Below, piece after piece: positions 63,296-64,000 of a stretch of DNA of 64,000 bases (within the stretch, counting starts at the first letter, position 1; the number at the start of each line of letters is the position of its first letter). Position numbers and translations under genes: made by a program. The stretch spans positions 69,254,001 to 69,318,000 of the forward strand of contig NC_043004.1 in the NCBI RefSeq assembly GCF_006345805.1, written 5' to 3'. Origin of the DNA: Octopus sinensis. Taxonomy: Eukaryota. Under the pieces are notes generated by a model. That model was not told where the DNA came from. It saw only the letters and a program-made list of their open reading frames with translations, and ran no database searches.

Positions 63296-63760
63296 TTGCC
63301 GCACACTTCCTGGGTAGGTCGTGGAGTGGGACTTTGAGTTCCCAGGCGTCTACTGAAGCAACTGCCGTTACAAATTCTGGGTGGATTCCCAAGCATGACC
63401 AACTTAGACTATGGGTGTTATCTAACCATCTCATTCTTGGTCCCCTCATAGGTTTCCTGCTGAATGGCTCGTGTCAAGGAATCTGTCTTGCGATATTTTC
63501 CCCTGCAACATTCTAATCAAAAAGTCCGCAGTATCGTAACGACGATCTCTCAATGCGAAGAAGTGGAGTCTCTCCACCAGGAGAGACTCCCTGATCTCAG
63601 AGCTACTTATGCACCCTGTCGAGTAACGCTACTCCAAAAATCTGTCGAAGGAACCCGATTTTGGCCGCTTGTATCCGCGATCGTACACTTTCCGTCATTA
63701 CCGTAGACGAAGACAGGTGCGCGAATCAAACAGAAGGTAGCGACTTTGGCGCTCGATGTA
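63296..63760 (-). mobile_element. Decayed RTE LINE 3' portion (Rex3/Expander-like)
   Basis: SRIQAAKIGFLRQIFGVALLDRVH..SEIRESLLVE ... PMRGPRMRWLDN....SWSCLGIHPE. Confidence 0.82.
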
Positions 63761-64000
63761 CATATAATTCTCTCCCTTCTTAAAAGTTGCTATCATTGCC
63801 GCTAGGTTTTAGTTTTCCTCAACTAAATGGCAAATTCCAATTAATACTTTTTTACGTACGGCATTTGGTTCGTCAGCTCTTGACGTATAAAAACTGAAGT
63901 CAGAGTTGGTGTTTTTTTTTTTTATCGCACTGTATTTGTATTTCGTCAATGTTTTCTTTGTGTAAAACTTTTTCTCTTTCTTTTTTTAAACTCCAAAATG

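Larger units (their letters stand above)
47261..64000 (+). other. First coding intron of the GRK gene (continues past the window end)
   Basis: Starts with GTGAGT. I found no downstream sequence encoding the expected exon 2 (GGxxKGRSKKW...); the region is filled with SINEs, MITEs and microsatellites. Confidence 0.75.

Overview
Eukaryotic, AT-rich, very repeat-dense window with one 100-N gap (16889-16988). The repeat content (tRNA-derived SINE families, (TA)n/(TG)n/(TAGA)n/(TACA)n microsatellites, RTE, CR1, R4/Dong, Gypsy, hAT, mariner, Helitron) suggests a cephalopod, probably Octopus; this is inferred from repeat style and was not searched. The only host gene I can identify with confidence is the first coding exon of a GRK4/5/6-subfamily G protein-coupled receptor kinase (47209-47260, +, MELENIVANTVYIKARE-G|gtgagt). 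It is too short to appear in the ORF track, and everything after it looks like its first coding intron. Nearly all ORFs in the track are microsatellite, low-complexity or SINE artefacts; the rest are decayed transposon proteins. The most interesting signal is a set of short Penelope-type elements carrying minimal type I hammerhead ribozyme motifs. One family (61228-61575, degenerate second copy near 33200-33510) puts a tRNA-derived Pol III head upstream of the hammerhead and carries an inverted duplicate that starts at the predicted self-cleavage site. Other notable items: an ORF1-only Tx1/L1-like element inside a Gypsy LTR with a 26-bp duplication, two RT-less Gypsy derivatives, a mariner-gag in-frame chimera, a near-identical inverted SINE pair in the GRK intron, and several MITEs with readable TIRs and TSDs. 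SINE family letters (A-F) are my own working labels. Coordinates of degenerate repeats are approximate.
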